Origin: Octopus vulgaris
Lineage: Eukaryota
Assembly (NCBI GenBank): GCA_951406725.2
Contig: OX597830.1
Location: 16,678,001-16,742,000 of the forward strand
Direction: 5' to 3'
DNA length: 64,000 nucleotides
Position 1 is the first letter of the stretch. Each line of letters begins with the position of its first letter. The position numbers and the translations under genes were made by a program. Below are positions 40,441 through 53,569 of this stretch, piece by piece. The notes under the pieces are model-generated. The model was given only the letters and a program-made list of their open reading frames with translations. It was not told the origin of the DNA and did no database searches.

Positions 40441-40770
40441 ACAATTGCAGCGTGGAAGGTAAGAAACACACAAAAGCCGTTCGATTCACTTCAACATTTA
40501 AGTTTAATTTGTCAAAATATTTTCGTCGCTAAAATCCGCGACCTGTTCACTGACAAAAATCAGATGCAGCACGGATTTTTGTCAGTGAACAGGTCGCGGA
40601 TTTTAGCGACGAAAATATTTTGACAAATTAAAACTTAAATGTTGAAGTGAATCGAACGGCTTTTGTGTGTTTCTTAAATGGCTTACAAACACCTTCCACG
40701 CTGCAATTGTTTTCGTTCCAGCACACGATCTCAGATCAAAACGACTTGCTATGCGAGTACATCTCCGTAA
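40441..40770 (+). mobile_element. Fold-back element with two hammerhead motifs (Penelope-like non-autonomous candidate)
   Basis: Hairpin 40441-40710, 12-nt loop, 60-bp tail shared with the 9318 copy; flanking AGTTTTTTT(T)AGA duplication. Confidence 0.8.
40578..40627 (+). ncRNA. Minimal hammerhead ribozyme motif, G3-C8 variant (mirror copy 40508-40557 on minus strand)
   Basis: TTTGTCA-GTGAACA-G-GTCGC-GGATTTTA-GCGAC-GAA-AATATT-T-TGACAAA: 7-bp helix I, 5-bp helix II, palindromic helix III. Confidence 0.6.
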
Positions 40771-41124
40771 AGTTTTTTTTAGAGTCTTCATCTTATATTT
40801 TTTCTTAATTTTCTTTTTTTTTTTTTTGTAACAGCCCAATTCGGCAAAGTGTCGTATTTTTGCCTACTGGCGGACAGTTTATGCATTGACAATGGAACTG
40901 AAAAAATAGAGATTTGGTTTTGAAAATGCAGTGAATTTGCAGAACTGTAAAGTGCGTCGAGTAAAATGGTTTTGCAGTATTTAATTTAGTTACGGTCTTT
41001 TACTTTCAATCTTCTCTTTCAGAGCAATTTTATCTTCCATCCCTTCGGATCGATAAAATAAAGTGCCAGTCAATTGGTGGATCAATTTATATTCTTATGG
41101 TGCATCATGGATGTGACTCGAATT

Positions 41125-41690
41125 GAAGAAGGAGGAAGGGAAGTTGTGGGGGGGGCAGGGAGAAGGAAGAGTGGAAGAAGATGAAGAAGAAGAACAACAA
41201 CAACAGCAACAAACAGGAAGATGAGAAAAGTGGGAGGAGTACAGGAAGGTGGGGAAGCAAGTGAAGGAGGAGGGGCAAAGAAAAGGGGGGAAGAAGGGAG
41301 GAGGAGAAGGGAGAAGGAGAAGGAAAGAAAGAAGAGGGGTTTAAGAGGAGGAAGAAGGGAGCAGGGGAGGGGCGAAGCAGGGGAGGAGGGGGCGAATACG
41401 GGAGGGGAAGTGGAGTATTCAGAGGAGGAGGATGCCGATGAGGGAGAAGGGGGGAGGAGGAAGAGAAGGAGGAAAAGGAGGAGGAGCAGAGGGTGATGAG
41501 GAAGCAGAGGGTGAGGAGGAAGCAGAGGGGAGGAGGAAGCAGAGGAGGAGGAGGAAGCAGAGGGGAGGAGGAAGCAGAGGAGGAGGAGGAAGCAGAGGAG
41601 GAGGAGGGGTAGGAGGCAGAAGATGAGAAAGAGAGGAGGAGGAAGCAGAGGAGGAGGAGGAGGCAGAGGAAGAGGCAGAGGCAGAGGAGT
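41125..41690. repeat. Purine-rich (GAG/GAA) low-complexity tract
   Basis: Visible composition; GAGGAAGCAGAGG units. Confidence 0.9.
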
Positions 41691-42189
41691 TGTCATCATT
41701 AAGTTCTACAACTTTGTTGGTTACTTGAGCACAACTCTGAAAAATTGGCCTTTCATTACAGTATTTGTCGGCAAGATTACAAAGGAGTGGTTTCCCCGAT
41801 TGCCTTTCACGGGCCCATGGAAAGAGTTAAACTCAGCTTTGTTGCTAACGAACCATTTGTGAATTTTAAAGCTTAATAGGTCAAAACATATCCATAGTTG
41901 TCTCTTGCATGCAAACAACATCACACTTTCTTTCGGGCATGTAAATTCACTTTACGGGATTAATTCTTAATTTATTGAATTTATCTCTCTTTTTGTTGAA
42001 AGAAACTAATATTTACCGTTAGGTTTTAGTTTCCTTTCTCTAACTATGAAAAAAATTTCAGTTAAGAAAGTTTTTTCATATAACATTCCGTACGAAGAGG
42101 ATAGAACATCGACTGGCTACGACGTAAGGGGCCATAGAAATATCCGTGCTAGGAATATCATTAAGGGAACACATTCAAAATGAGATAAT

Positions 42190-42453
42190 TTGAGAACGGA
42201 GCGGAGTGAACGATGTGATCGCGGAGTTTCGAAAGCACAAGTTCTGCTGCGCCGGACATGTCATATGATTCACAAACAACAGGTTGACTCGTGCAGTTTC
42301 AGGGTGGTAACCAAGAGATTGGTGGTAACCAAAAGACTACCAGAAATGTTTCCACGACGATATGAAGAGGATTTGTTCAAGCAATTTGGGTCGAGATGGA
42401 AAAGAATGGTGCAATTAAGACAGAATTGGGAGCACATAATGACCAACGTCTGA
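42190..42453 (+). mobile_element. RTE-like LINE C-terminal fragment
   Basis: Frameshifted translation DVIAEFRKHKFCCAGHVI*FTNNRLTRAVSGW*PR...RRYEEDLFKQFGSRWKRMVQLRQNW resembles RTE ORF ends. Confidence 0.6.
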
Positions 42454-42754
42454 TAACAGCATCTGACGGTCTTGGTCGATTCTACAATACAGAAGATAGC
42501 TTATTTCTAGGGTTGTAATTTTATTTTGTTTTATTTTATTTTATTTGGGGCTGTTGCCTAAGGACAAAACCTTGTAGCAAACGACTACTCACATGAGCTG
42601 TTTGGCTTATCTGGTGGTAGTTGAGAGGGTTACGAGAAGAACGGGAGAAAATGGAAGTTATAGGTGTCTAGATAATGAGTTAGAGAAAAGGAGGGAAAAC
42701 AGCATGATTACTTCAAAAGAAAGTCACGCCAAGCTAGCAGGAACTAGCTTTTGT

Positions 42755-43199
42755 GGACCTTTTCGGTTTGACCGGCAGTTTTTTCTAGCGGTGTCATATG
42801 AAATTGTCACCCATAATTATGACCCTAGTATCGATCTATTGCATTTCAATCTATTTTACGGTTAGGGTTAGTTAGGGTTAGGGTTAGGGCTAGGGGTGGG
42901 GGGAAGGGTATCTTTTTTTCTTCACTAATGTAAATAAACCAAATCTGTTTCTTAAACGAGAGACATATTCATATGGCACAGAATGTTTGTTTTTTTACCT
43001 CAATGGACGTCAGTGATTGGTTGAAATTGCAGAAATTGAAGAAAAAACAACAACAAATATCTTACAAACTATAGAATTTTCTCAATAAAGCCAAGAGAAA
43101 AAGATGTTTTATAAACACATTCTACCAGTATACGAAGTTTAAAATTTTGTGGTTACCTAGAAATTATGTTAAAAACTGCCGTTCAAACCGGAAAGATCC
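42755..43199 (+). mobile_element. Merlin-type MITE (family M)
   Basis: TIRs; perfect TSD GCTTTTGT. Confidence 0.93.
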
Positions 43200-43481
43200 G
43201 CTTTTGTCGTTTATGCATATAGTAATAAATAACTGTGTTAGAAACAGAGAACAATCTAGCGGTGAAAAAAAGATGTTCATCTTACTATTGAAAGGTTGAA
43301 GCCCGTCAAAGATAGTGACAGAAAGACGAAGAAGGAGAGGAGGTGAGAGAGAGAGAGAGAGAGAGAGATATGACTTCTAACGGGAGCAAGTTGGAAGTTA
43401 TAGGTATCTAGATAGTAAGAGAAAGAAGAGAAAACAGCATGATTTTTTCAAAAGAAATATATTTTAAATGATACAATATAT

Positions 43482-43713
43482 ATTTCTTTACTACCAACAA
43501 AGGGGCTAAACATAGAGGGGACAAACAAGGACAAACAAACGGATTAAGTCGATTACATTGACCCCAGTGCGTAACTGGTACTTATTTAATCGACTCCGAA
43601 AGGATGAAAGGCAAAGTCGACCTTGGCGGAATTTGAAGCCAGAACGTAAAGGCAGACGAAATACGGCTACGCATTTCGCCCGGCATGCTAACGTTTCTGC
43701 CAGCTTGCCGCCT
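43482..43713 (-). mobile_element. SINE family B
   Basis: Full match; TSD TTTTAAATGATACAATATAT. Confidence 0.92.
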
Positions 43714-43808
43714 TTTTTTTAAATGATACAATATATTTTAAAGAATACAATATTATGATGGTCTACCGCTTTCGCGTTTCCCATATCATGACATTGAAAC
43801 TCTGTGTG

Positions 43809-43850
<42 letters not shown>

Positions 43851-44012
43851 TGTGTGTGCATGTACGTACGGCACTCAAAGACAAAGATTCAAGAACTCTC
43901 TAGACACACTCAAGAGGTTGACCTAGTTATACGAAATTTTACAAAGTTAACGAGTTAAAATTTCAAAAGACATAGTGCTATTTATAGTTACAAAGGAAAT
44001 GCTTAAAGGAAT

Positions 44013-44078
<66 letters not shown>

Positions 44079-44222
44079 AACAGAGAAGAGAGAGAGGAGA
44101 GAGAGAATGAAAGAGAGATAGATAGATAGAGAGAGAGAGGGGGAAGAACTGTAAATATGTTTTGTCAATTCTTAGAAACAATCATGAGACATATTCACAG
44201 AACTAAAAGTATTATGGATACC

Positions 44223-44650
44223 GGATCTTTTCGGTTTCAACGGCAGTTTTTTCTAGCGGTGTCATATGAAATTGTCACCCATAATTATGACCCTAGTATC
44301 GATCTATTGCATTTCAATCTGTTTTAGGCTTAGGGTTAGTTAGGGTTAGGGGTGGGGGGAAGGGTATCTTTTTTTCTTCACAAATGTAAATAAACCCAAT
44401 CTGTTTCTTAAACGAGGGACATATTCATACGGCACAGAATGCTTTTTACCTCAATAGACGTCATTGATTGGTTGAAATTGCAGAAATTGAAGAAAAAAAA
44501 CAACAAATATCTTACAAATTATAGAATTTTCTCAATAAAGCCAAGAGAAAAAGATGTTTTATAAACACATTCTACCAGTATACGAAGTTTAAAAGTGTTT
44601 AGTTACGTGGAAATTATTTTAAAAAACTGCCGTTCAAACCGAAAAGATCC
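44223..44650 (+). mobile_element. Merlin-type MITE (family M)
   Basis: TIRs; perfect TSD TGGATACC. Confidence 0.94.
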
Positions 44651-44749
44651 TGGATACCAACTGGACAGGGATATATTTACGTGAACGCTGAATTTAATTG
44701 ATCTGCATCTCGTTTTCTGCTTATATTGTCTAATATTATTTGCATAAAA

Positions 44750-45132
44750 AAGGCGATGCGCTGGCAGAAACGTTAGCACGCCGGGCGAAATACTTCGTCT
44801 GTCTTTACGTTCTGAGTTCAAATTCCGCCGAGGTCGACTTTACCTTTCATCCTTTCGGGGTCGATAAATTAAGTACCAGTTGCGTACTGAGGTCGATGTA
44901 ATCAGCTGGCCCCAAAATTTCGAGCCTTGTGCCTAGATTAAAAAGGAATATTCTTTGCGTTAAAATCTTAGCTGTAAATATATAACCGCAAAAAGGCGGC
45001 GAGCTGGCAGAGTCGCGAAGCACATTGGGCAAAAAGCTTTGCGGTATTTCGTCTGCCGCTACGTTCTGAGTTCAAATTCCGCCGAGGTCGACTTTGCCTT
45101 TCATCCTTTCGGGGTCGATTAAATAAGTACCA
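44750..45132 (+). mobile_element. Two adjacent SINE B copies (44750-44950, 44993-45132)
   Basis: Both carry GAGTTCAAATTCCGCCGAGGTCGACTTT...GGGGTCGAT. Confidence 0.85.
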
Positions 45133-45383
45133 ATTGCCGGGTCATAGTGCTAGTTTGGTATATAAGTTTGGTATAACTTTATGTCTGTTCTGTAGATATA
45201 TATGAATATATGTATATGTTTATTATTTCTGTGGATTTTGTAGTGCTCTTGTAGTTGCTGCTCGCATTGCCTCCCCTCGAATTAAAAGGTGTATACAGCT
45301 CATTTGAGCAGTACTATTCTAGTCTGTTATATATTTTGAGCGTTGTTGTCACTAACGATCTCAAGATATAACTTTATATTTTG

Positions 45384-45464
<81 letters not shown>

Positions 45465-45747
45465 CATACATATACATACAATAGAGAAATGTTTTTGTTT
45501 CACTTTTAACACGTAATACTGAAATAGTGAAACCACTTATTCAAGTTCAAATCATTGATGCAATTTTATACCAATTGCTATTTTTACTTTTCTTATGTTA
45601 CGATTATATTATACTTTAGTTTGATTTTAATTATTACTTACTACAAATAATTCAATTGTTATTATTATTTTTATTGTTAAAGTGAAAGTATCTGACATAA
45701 AATAGAGAAACGTTTTTGTTTCACTTTTAACACGTAATACTGAAATA

Positions 45748-46043
45748 GTGGAGAAGATATGATATTGCTGTGGGCTCGCTCTAGGCAAGAAGTTAAACAT
45801 TTTTTTTTGCCCATGACACTACATGGACCCTAAGTAAGGCATGTGTAAAATTTGAATGAAATTGGTTGTGTAGTTCTCAAGTTTTAGGGAATCAGAGCGG
45901 AGAAGATATGATATTGCTGTAGGCTCGCCCTAGGTAAAAAGCTAAAAAAAGTTTTTGATGATGACACTCCCCGGACTTTAAGTAAGGCGTGTGTAAAATT
46001 TGAATGAAATTGGTTGTGTAGTTCTCAAGTTTTAGGGAAACAC

Positions 46044-46090
<47 letters not shown>

Positions 46091-46134
46091 GGCAGATAGA
46101 CAGACACACATTCTCAGTTTCATATATATAGAGA
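45748..46134 (-). mobile_element. Helitron-like 5' portion with internal ~145-bp tandem duplication and (GTCT)n
   Basis: Minus strand A|TCTCTATATATATGAAACTG start; units 45748-45890 and 45897-46038. Confidence 0.55.
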
Positions 46135-46600
46135 TGTAACTAATGAACTACTTCACGTAATATAAGAGAAATGAGTTTTAAATTGTTTGGTATGTGTCAC
46201 AGCCCCCTTTTTATGTGCTCCCTCCCGTTAACTTAGAACCTGGCAACGCCTCTGCCTTGTGGTCCTTATTTCGGCTCTCTGCGCTCTGATTTCAAATCCC
46301 ACCAAGGTCAAGTCTGCCTTTTATCCTTTCAGGGTCGATCAATAAAGTAACAGACCATGGCGGTGAATTCACAGAATACAGAGCACCAGATGAGATGCAT
46401 TGCATTATCTGTTTCTGTCCCTTTGTGTTCTGGTGGTCCGCGGAGTTATTGGTGCTGACCAGAATCAAGCCTTGTTTTTCGCTTTGACAACATCGTTGAC
46501 ACAGAGAGAAGAAACTTGCTTGCATGGACATCTTCACTGAAAAACCCCATATAAAACATTTTTATATTGCGTCCTTCGTATTTTCTACTGGTTCGTTCTC

Positions 46601-46739
46601 GGCTCATTTGAGACAGGGAATGTCATTGGCTAATTTGAGACAGGGAATTTCATTGGCTAATTTGAGACGGAATGTTATTGGCTAATTTGAGACAGGGAAT
46701 GTTATTGGTTAATTTGAGACTGGGAAGGTTATTGGCTAA
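46601..46739. repeat. Minisatellite, ~27-bp unit x5 (GGCTAATTTGAGACAGGGAATGTTATT)
   Basis: Visible tandem units. Confidence 0.9.
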
Positions 46740-47883
46740 CTGCTAAATGTTGATTCATATTTTGACTTCTTCAAAAACCTTCAACATATAAGGGGCTTCT
46801 TCGTGATCGCTTAACGTGCTAGAAATAGCAGCTAAATCCATTCGATTTGAATATTGACATTCATAAAAAGAACAACACATGGAAGAATGTATGTAGATAT
46901 ATGAGATAGCATGGTCACGACTGGAACACCTTTCGCCATAACTCTGCTCGATCAAAGCTGACTTAGAGCTAAACATCGACAGAAATCACAAAGAACATCA
47001 ACAGATTGAGGAAACTAACTGTTTAAGGGGAGTGGTACTCAAACTTTCTCTTACCATTTCCTTGGTTTTCATAACGTATTCCTAGCGACTCCCAACTATC
47101 ATCGCATCTGGTCGATTAAAAGAAATCATCAATAATTTATTTTTAATTCAAAATGCAGACTCTTAATATAAAGATAAAAGCGAGGTTATTTAATTATTTA
47201 TTTAAAAATGGCAAGGTTATTAATTCAGGAAAAGAAAAAAATAATAGAATTTAATTACATAGTCCAGTAAACGTTTTTCGTTTTTTTTTTAATGAAAATA
47301 ATTTATTGTTCTTACAATTTTGAACGAGATGTCTGCACTTGATGTATGTGTATCAGATTCTCAAAAACAGACTGAAGGTCACGCAGAAAGAGCTTCACAT
47401 CATATTCAGTTACTTTGAGATTTTTTCATTGTTAGGAAAGAAGATTGGTGATTATACTTCACTGCTTTTCGACTAGATATCATTTCTGAAAAGCAATAAG
47501 GAGCATCTTGACCTTATTTCACACACAACATAGTTTAGAGACATCTGTCTGCAACCAGAAGTCTCTTCATGCAATGCTTTTGAAGGTGGAATTCAAACTC
47601 AGTAGCATTTGGCAACGCGATCAATTTTTTTTTCTCTTTTTTTTTTATTCGGTTTCCTGAATACAAAATGGTTATAAAAAGATTTATTACTCAAGGTGCA
47701 ATTGGCATCAAAGAACGATTCATCAAAATCTCCCAGTCCAAATATTTCATACAGTTCGCCTACGTATGAACAGTACACTACATGGCAATTACCTTCTAAC
47801 ACCGTTGTATCACTTCTCGTTCGTAAGTTCGAGGAATGAAAGAGTTCGCAATGGTTAGTGTTGTGTTTTAATATGTATAACAC

Positions 47884-48143
47884 CAGTGGTTCGCAACCGG
47901 GGTCCAATATAATCCATGGAGGTCCATATAAGATTTTGTTGTTCAAATTTACGTGCAATAAATTTCTTATACTTCTACAATACACAAAATATATTAATTA
48001 CTTTTATACAATTCCTAATAATATTTAATTATAAAAATACAGTAGGATTTTTTAATATACATCAAATGGTTATGGTGGTCCAGTAGAGTGAAATAGGGAT
48101 CTAAGGTGTTCACAGGTAAAAAAAGAATGGTTGAAATTCACTG
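47884..48143. mobile_element. Degraded hAT-like MITE
   Basis: Ends CAGTGGTTCGCAACC / GGTTGAAATTCACTG; no clear TSD. Confidence 0.45.
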
Positions 48144-48610
48144 TCATAGATAAACAAATGAAGACAACTGCTTTGATTTTGGTGAGATTCACACCATTTT
48201 TCTAGAAAATTTCTAATTTCATTGAATTTTACAAATAATTCTATGATGTGTCAGTAATTTCCCAATTGATAGTTTTTTGTTCATCGCGGGCGACATATTC
48301 AGTGCTTGAAAGAATTCACACTTTGAGAAAAGTAAATAAAAGACTCTATGGCAGTTTTCTTTTAAACGTCATCTGACTTTATTGCTAAGCAGCATCCGAA
48401 ATATTAATAATTTGTAGGTCGGCGTATAAGTTGACTGGGTGCATATGACAACCCCAGAATGTAAGACAATATTACACAGAAGCAGACTGCAGTTGCTGCT
48501 TTTGTGCAGGTGCCTCAGCATGGCTGCAGCCCTCGGGTTACAACTAGTAAAAAAGTATGGGAATTTTCGATATATGCTGTCACCATGTTCAACATTTGTA
48601 ACTTACAGTT

Positions 48611-49020
48611 ACTCTTTTATTTGTTTCAGTCATTTGACAGTGGCCATGCTGGAGCACCGCCTTTAGCCGAGAAAATCGACCCCAGGACTTATTCTTTGTA
48701 AGCCTAGTATTTATTCTATCGGTCTCTTTTGCCGAATCGCTAAGTGACGGGGACGTAAACACACCAGCATCGGTTGTCAAGCGATGTTGGGGGGAACAAA
48801 CACAGACACACAAACATATACACACACACATACATATATACGTATATATACATATATACGACGGGCTTCTTTCAGTTTCCGTCTACCAAATCCACTCACA
48901 AGGCTTTGGTCGGCCCGAGACTATAGTAGAAGACACTTGCCCAAGGTGTCACGCAGTGGGACTGAACCCGGAACCATGTGGTTCGTAATCAAGCTACTTA
49001 CCACACAGCCACTCCTACGC
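48611..49020 (-). mobile_element. SINE family A
   Basis: Full-length match. Confidence 0.92.
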
Positions 49021-49767
49021 TTACGTATAAAATCCCAGGGTTATAAAGGTTTTTAATTGAGATATAGGTGATGCAGTATAGCCACTAGTCCTTTACAAAC
49101 AGCCCAATGGCTAGTGGAATGATACAGTTAAGCTCACTTACGCAACAATATATTTTTGGTTATCATAATTTGAGCAATTCATTTCAAGCAATGGCAAAAT
49201 GTCATAATGTAACATTGTTATGTATTTAATCAAATTCAAAGTCACTAACAAATTTACAATAAATAAAAAGAGATCAAGATGGAAAATGGCAACACTTGTT
49301 GCAGTAACACAAACTACACATCGGTATCCATCCTGTTTCAGTGCTTTGTCGCAAAACGAAGATTTTATGAAGATTCAGATTTTCGGTACTTCGTCTATTT
49401 ATGGCGATTGAGCTGAAATTGTTCAGTCTGTTTTACGCCATAAAATTCTACAAATAAATATTGATGGTCGCAGCTTGAAAAAATTGCATTTTCATTCCTC
49501 ACTGCTTCTAGTCAGTGTTTGAAGCAGTTTGAGGAGTTCAGACATCGTCTTCCATTTTGAAGTGCCTCGAAAACTCAAGTAACTCAGTGAAAATGCGTGA
49601 CTTCCGCGCGATGAGACGCTTCGCCCTGATACACTATCCTCAGGTTTTCAAAATTCAGCCATGAATTTTAAGAGCATCAATGTTTAGAAACTGGCAATTT
49701 TTTTGAATTAAGATGAGAAAGCTACTTCCTTACATTTCTGCTGGAAAGCAGCACCGAAACTCTAATA

Positions 49768-50937
49768 CTGAAATAAATGTATTCACTAACCATTTCATCT
49801 TTAATGAACCATGTCTAATGATGTAATGAAATGAATTACAGTTAAATAGACGAGATCAAAGATTAGCGTAAACAATTCAAAACAGGAATGAAGGTTTCAC
49901 GGCAAACAAATCGGTGAAATAATCTGCACCGCTTGTTGACCAGCTCCTCACAAATCAATCAAGACCTCTACATATATTGTACTACTTTTCCTTGTCGTTG
50001 CAGCTTGGTTTAGCAGAGTAAGTGAGAGCTGCTCAGTATTTGACATGTCCTTAGTTTTATATACAATTATTAGGCGCTTCTTGAGCCTACATCAGTCAAA
50101 CTACAAATATCACCGCACTACATCGTACAAACTTTTCCTGCATATTTACCAAGCAGCATCTGTAGATTTTGTATAAAGAACAATGTTATATGTTCAAACT
50201 CAGAAGAAAAGCACCGACGGGTTTAAATAAGTGTTTTTTCCTCCTCCTACCTTATTTTATAAAATTTGCCATAAATGCAGTACGCAGAGTAAGGTAGCTT
50301 GCGGGCTGGACACGGACATTAATGAGGTGAATGACAATGAGGTGTACCCCTCGGTCTCCTGCAGCTTGGTTCAGCTTGAAGAATCTGTTTTGCGATTCTT
50401 TCTTGCGTCATTCTAATTACCTGTCCATAGACCCGGAGCCTTGCTCTCTCGTTTCGACGTCGCGGCTTGACTGGAGAAACTCCTTGATTCCAAACGACGC
50501 ATTCTGTGATTATATAGTTGATAAGCTTTGTAACAAGACCCAGATCAGTTGAACTGGTACGTATGACGTTACATTATTTGGCGAATCCGGACAAAGTTGC
50601 TGTGGGTCGAGCATTGTCCGGGTTTAACCTGACCCGTCGCAGCTGTTGGTATCAAGTATAACCTTGATTTTACAATATATTTGCAATGGATTTACTGAGT
50701 GACTTACGGCAGGTTTAATATTATACCACAAGATATTTAAAATGTTTTAAAGTGCACTGTGAGTATTTTCCCCATTAAATTGTAAACTCTTCATTGCTTC
50801 TCGCGACTATCAGTAGGACTCTGTTCATTCTGTTTACACTAATCTTTGATCTCGTCAATTTAACGGTTATTCATTTCATTACATCATTAGACATGGTTCG
50901 TTAAAGACGAAATGGTTACTGAATACATTTATTTCAG
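49768..50937. mobile_element. ~1.2-kb element bounded by ~107-bp inverted repeats
   Basis: 49768-49874 is the reverse complement of 50831-50937 with scattered mismatches; no internal transposase ORF. Confidence 0.65.
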
Positions 50938-51984
50938 AATTAATATTATATATATATACTTTTAATACACTGGTTCACAGCTTTAGATATTTTAAAAATA
51001 AATGAAGCAGTAAAGATTTTGATTTTATTCGCTTATTTTTAGTAAGGCTGTGAATCAACGGTGTCATTAAAGCGGCATTTGTTCCGGTTTTCTGCACATT
51101 GAGTTCAAATATGGCCGAAGCCAACTTCGCCGTCTATCCCTTCGGAATCGATAAATAATGTACGAATTGTGTTACTCGAGTCGATATCTCCTCTCCTTTC
51201 CCTCGGAATTGGCCATATGAAAAGGTAAAAAGGCAAGTTCACATCGTTGTTCCAGCTATCCTTTTAGTATTATTTTCTGGACATACAATAAAAAGAATCA
51301 TATTTTAATAAAAATTATTACTACTTCGGTCGCCACATACTAAAGTTCTTCAAAAGCACGTCATCAACAACAACATTTGATATCAGAAGTCCTTGTAGTG
51401 CATCCTGAGATGCTGATGCATTTATCATTTAATCATATAAAGCTCAACTACTGAATCAAATGAAATAGCTTCAACCTCTGCTTCTTTTTCATACTAAGAG
51501 ATGTATTTCAATATAACCTTATCCTTAATCGAGCTTCCCAAATGCATCTATAATTTTCAGTGCAAAATATTGAGCAATGAAGTCATGAAAGCAATGAAAG
51601 CAATGAAGTCATAAAAGAATCATCCATAACTTGCAGTAAGCAATATTTATTAAAATAAAAGTATTCAGAACACAGAATAATATGTAACAAAAACAATTTG
51701 CAAACATATTTACATTCCCATATAACAGTTAAGAACATCACCATTATTAGTGTTTGTTCGACTTGGTGCTGCTGGATTAATTACGCACAAATTGTGCTTA
51801 ATAGTTTAGCGCTAAATAGTTTATCCTGCTGTTTGTATTGGCAGTTTGCATCATTATCGTGGCAAACAATAGATACTTAATTAAATACCAGTATTAAATG
51901 TTTGAACTACTGTGGGTCTTTACTAGGGTTTTTTTTATAAGCGGGACTTAGACCTGTACATTAATCTCTAGTAAAACATTTTAT

Positions 51985-52358
51985 GCATTACATGCCCATA
52001 AAATGCCTCGTAGATCTTATTCAGCTATGCTTAAACTTGAAAGTTATATCATATGCTGAAGAGCATGGTAATAGGGCTGCCGGAAGAAAATTTGATGTTG
52101 ACGAAAGCAATGTCAGGTTATGGAGAAGAAATAAAGATGAAATTAAACAGATACCAAAGATAAAGAAGGCAAGAGGGCAATAATAAAGGACGTTACTGTA
52201 TACATTTTTACAAACCAAGGACGTTATATAGATCTCCTTGACTCAAGTTAGAGAAGGGGTGCGTATTATATACAAGGTTTAGGTTTTTCAGAGGTACAGC
52301 CCCCTAAAAATCCCCTGCGTATTATACTCAAGGGCGGACTATACTTGAGGATTTACGG
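51985..52358 (+). pseudogene. Pogo/Tigger-family deletion derivative (N-terminal Brinker-type HTH plus right TIR)
   Basis: LKVISYAEEHGNRAAGRKFDVDESNVRLWRRNK; terminal ...GCGGACTATACTTGAGGATTTACGG. Confidence 0.75.
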
Positions 52359-52477
52359 TTGTTATTATTACTATTTTTTTTACCAATTTTATTTCGAATT
52401 CAACCAAAATATTTCTAGTTTCAATAAAATTATTGTTTTTACGGATTCTACAATACTTCATTGAAAGTATATGACAC

Positions 52478-52780
52478 AGTGGTAAGAGCGTCGGGCCTAC
52501 AGTCATGAGGTGAGTTCGATTCCCGGACTGTGTGTTGTGCTCTTGAGCAAGACACTTTATTTCACGTTGCTCCAGTTCACTCAGCTGCAGAAATGAGTTG
52601 CAACGTCACTGGTGCCAAACTGTATTGATATTTGCCTTTCCCTTGGATAACATCGGTAGCGTGGAGAGAGGGAGACCGATATGCATGGGCGACTGCTGTT
52701 CTTCCACAAACAAGCTTGACCAGACTTGAGCTTCGTAGGGGAACTTTCTAAGTGCAGTCCCTTGGTCATTCATGACCGAA
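52478..52780 (+). mobile_element. tRNA-derived SINE, family C-like head with tail type X
   Basis: GAGTTCGATTCCC B box; TTGTGCTCTTGAGCAAGACACTT core as in family C; tail matches the reverse complement of 21065-21240. Confidence 0.75.
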
Positions 52781-53569
52781 TAGTTTTTATAGGGTACCTT
52801 TACACACTATAGATGGTTCTGGGGTCTATCCCGTCCTCTACCTCTTTCAGAAGCACTCCACTTTTAGCTCACAATTTATTTTCCGAATATTTTTACTGTC
52901 AACTATTTTTGACATCAAATTTATTTTGAGACTTTACCATATTCAGAAATTCGAATCATTCCTTTAAACTGGGGTTTATTAACTGTTTATCCGTGGAATG
53001 TTGTATATATTATGTAAAGAAGTGTTTCTAAATTCTTTATCGTAGACAAAATAATTCTAGGCATCACGATAATTTGATCTTTCGCTGCCTATATAATCTT
53101 ATACTTTCCATCAATTTTGGGTTGTTTTTTGTTTTTTTCACACTGATGCAGTTTTGTATGCTAATTACGAAAATCGCTTTCATTTTTTACACAAAGGAAT
53201 AATTTAAAAGTTGCAAACCACTAAAGTTTAAAATTTTAGCCAATCGGAAACCTCCATCGTCGACATAGAAAACTCATAATTTTCAAGTGTTGACAATTAG
53301 ACAATAAAAACATTACGAAACCTTGAAAGTTGCATTTTCTTTCCTTTCTTCTTCCTTTCTTTCTTTTTTTCTTTTATAAGTAAAAAAATTAAACGTTACG
53401 AAATCCCTTTAAAGATTAAAAGAATTGGTGAAATAAAATAAAAACGTTTAGATATGAAAAAAAAATTGTAGTTACGAAACGAAAGAGAGAAAGAAAGAAA
53501 GAAAACAAGTTAACGAAAATGAAAATTGTGCGATGCACCCAAACAGTTTTTGCTAGCGGTCGCAATTTT

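Noticed and set aside
41082-41862. Pro/Leu- and Arg/Gly-rich ORFs
   Set aside because: Low-complexity purine tract
46601-46739. CRISPR-like ~27-bp repeats
   Set aside because: Units are contiguous with no unique spacers; eukaryotic context
47599-47985. 128-aa ORF as host gene
   Set aside because: Starts inside a degraded MITE; no recognisable domain or clear splice context
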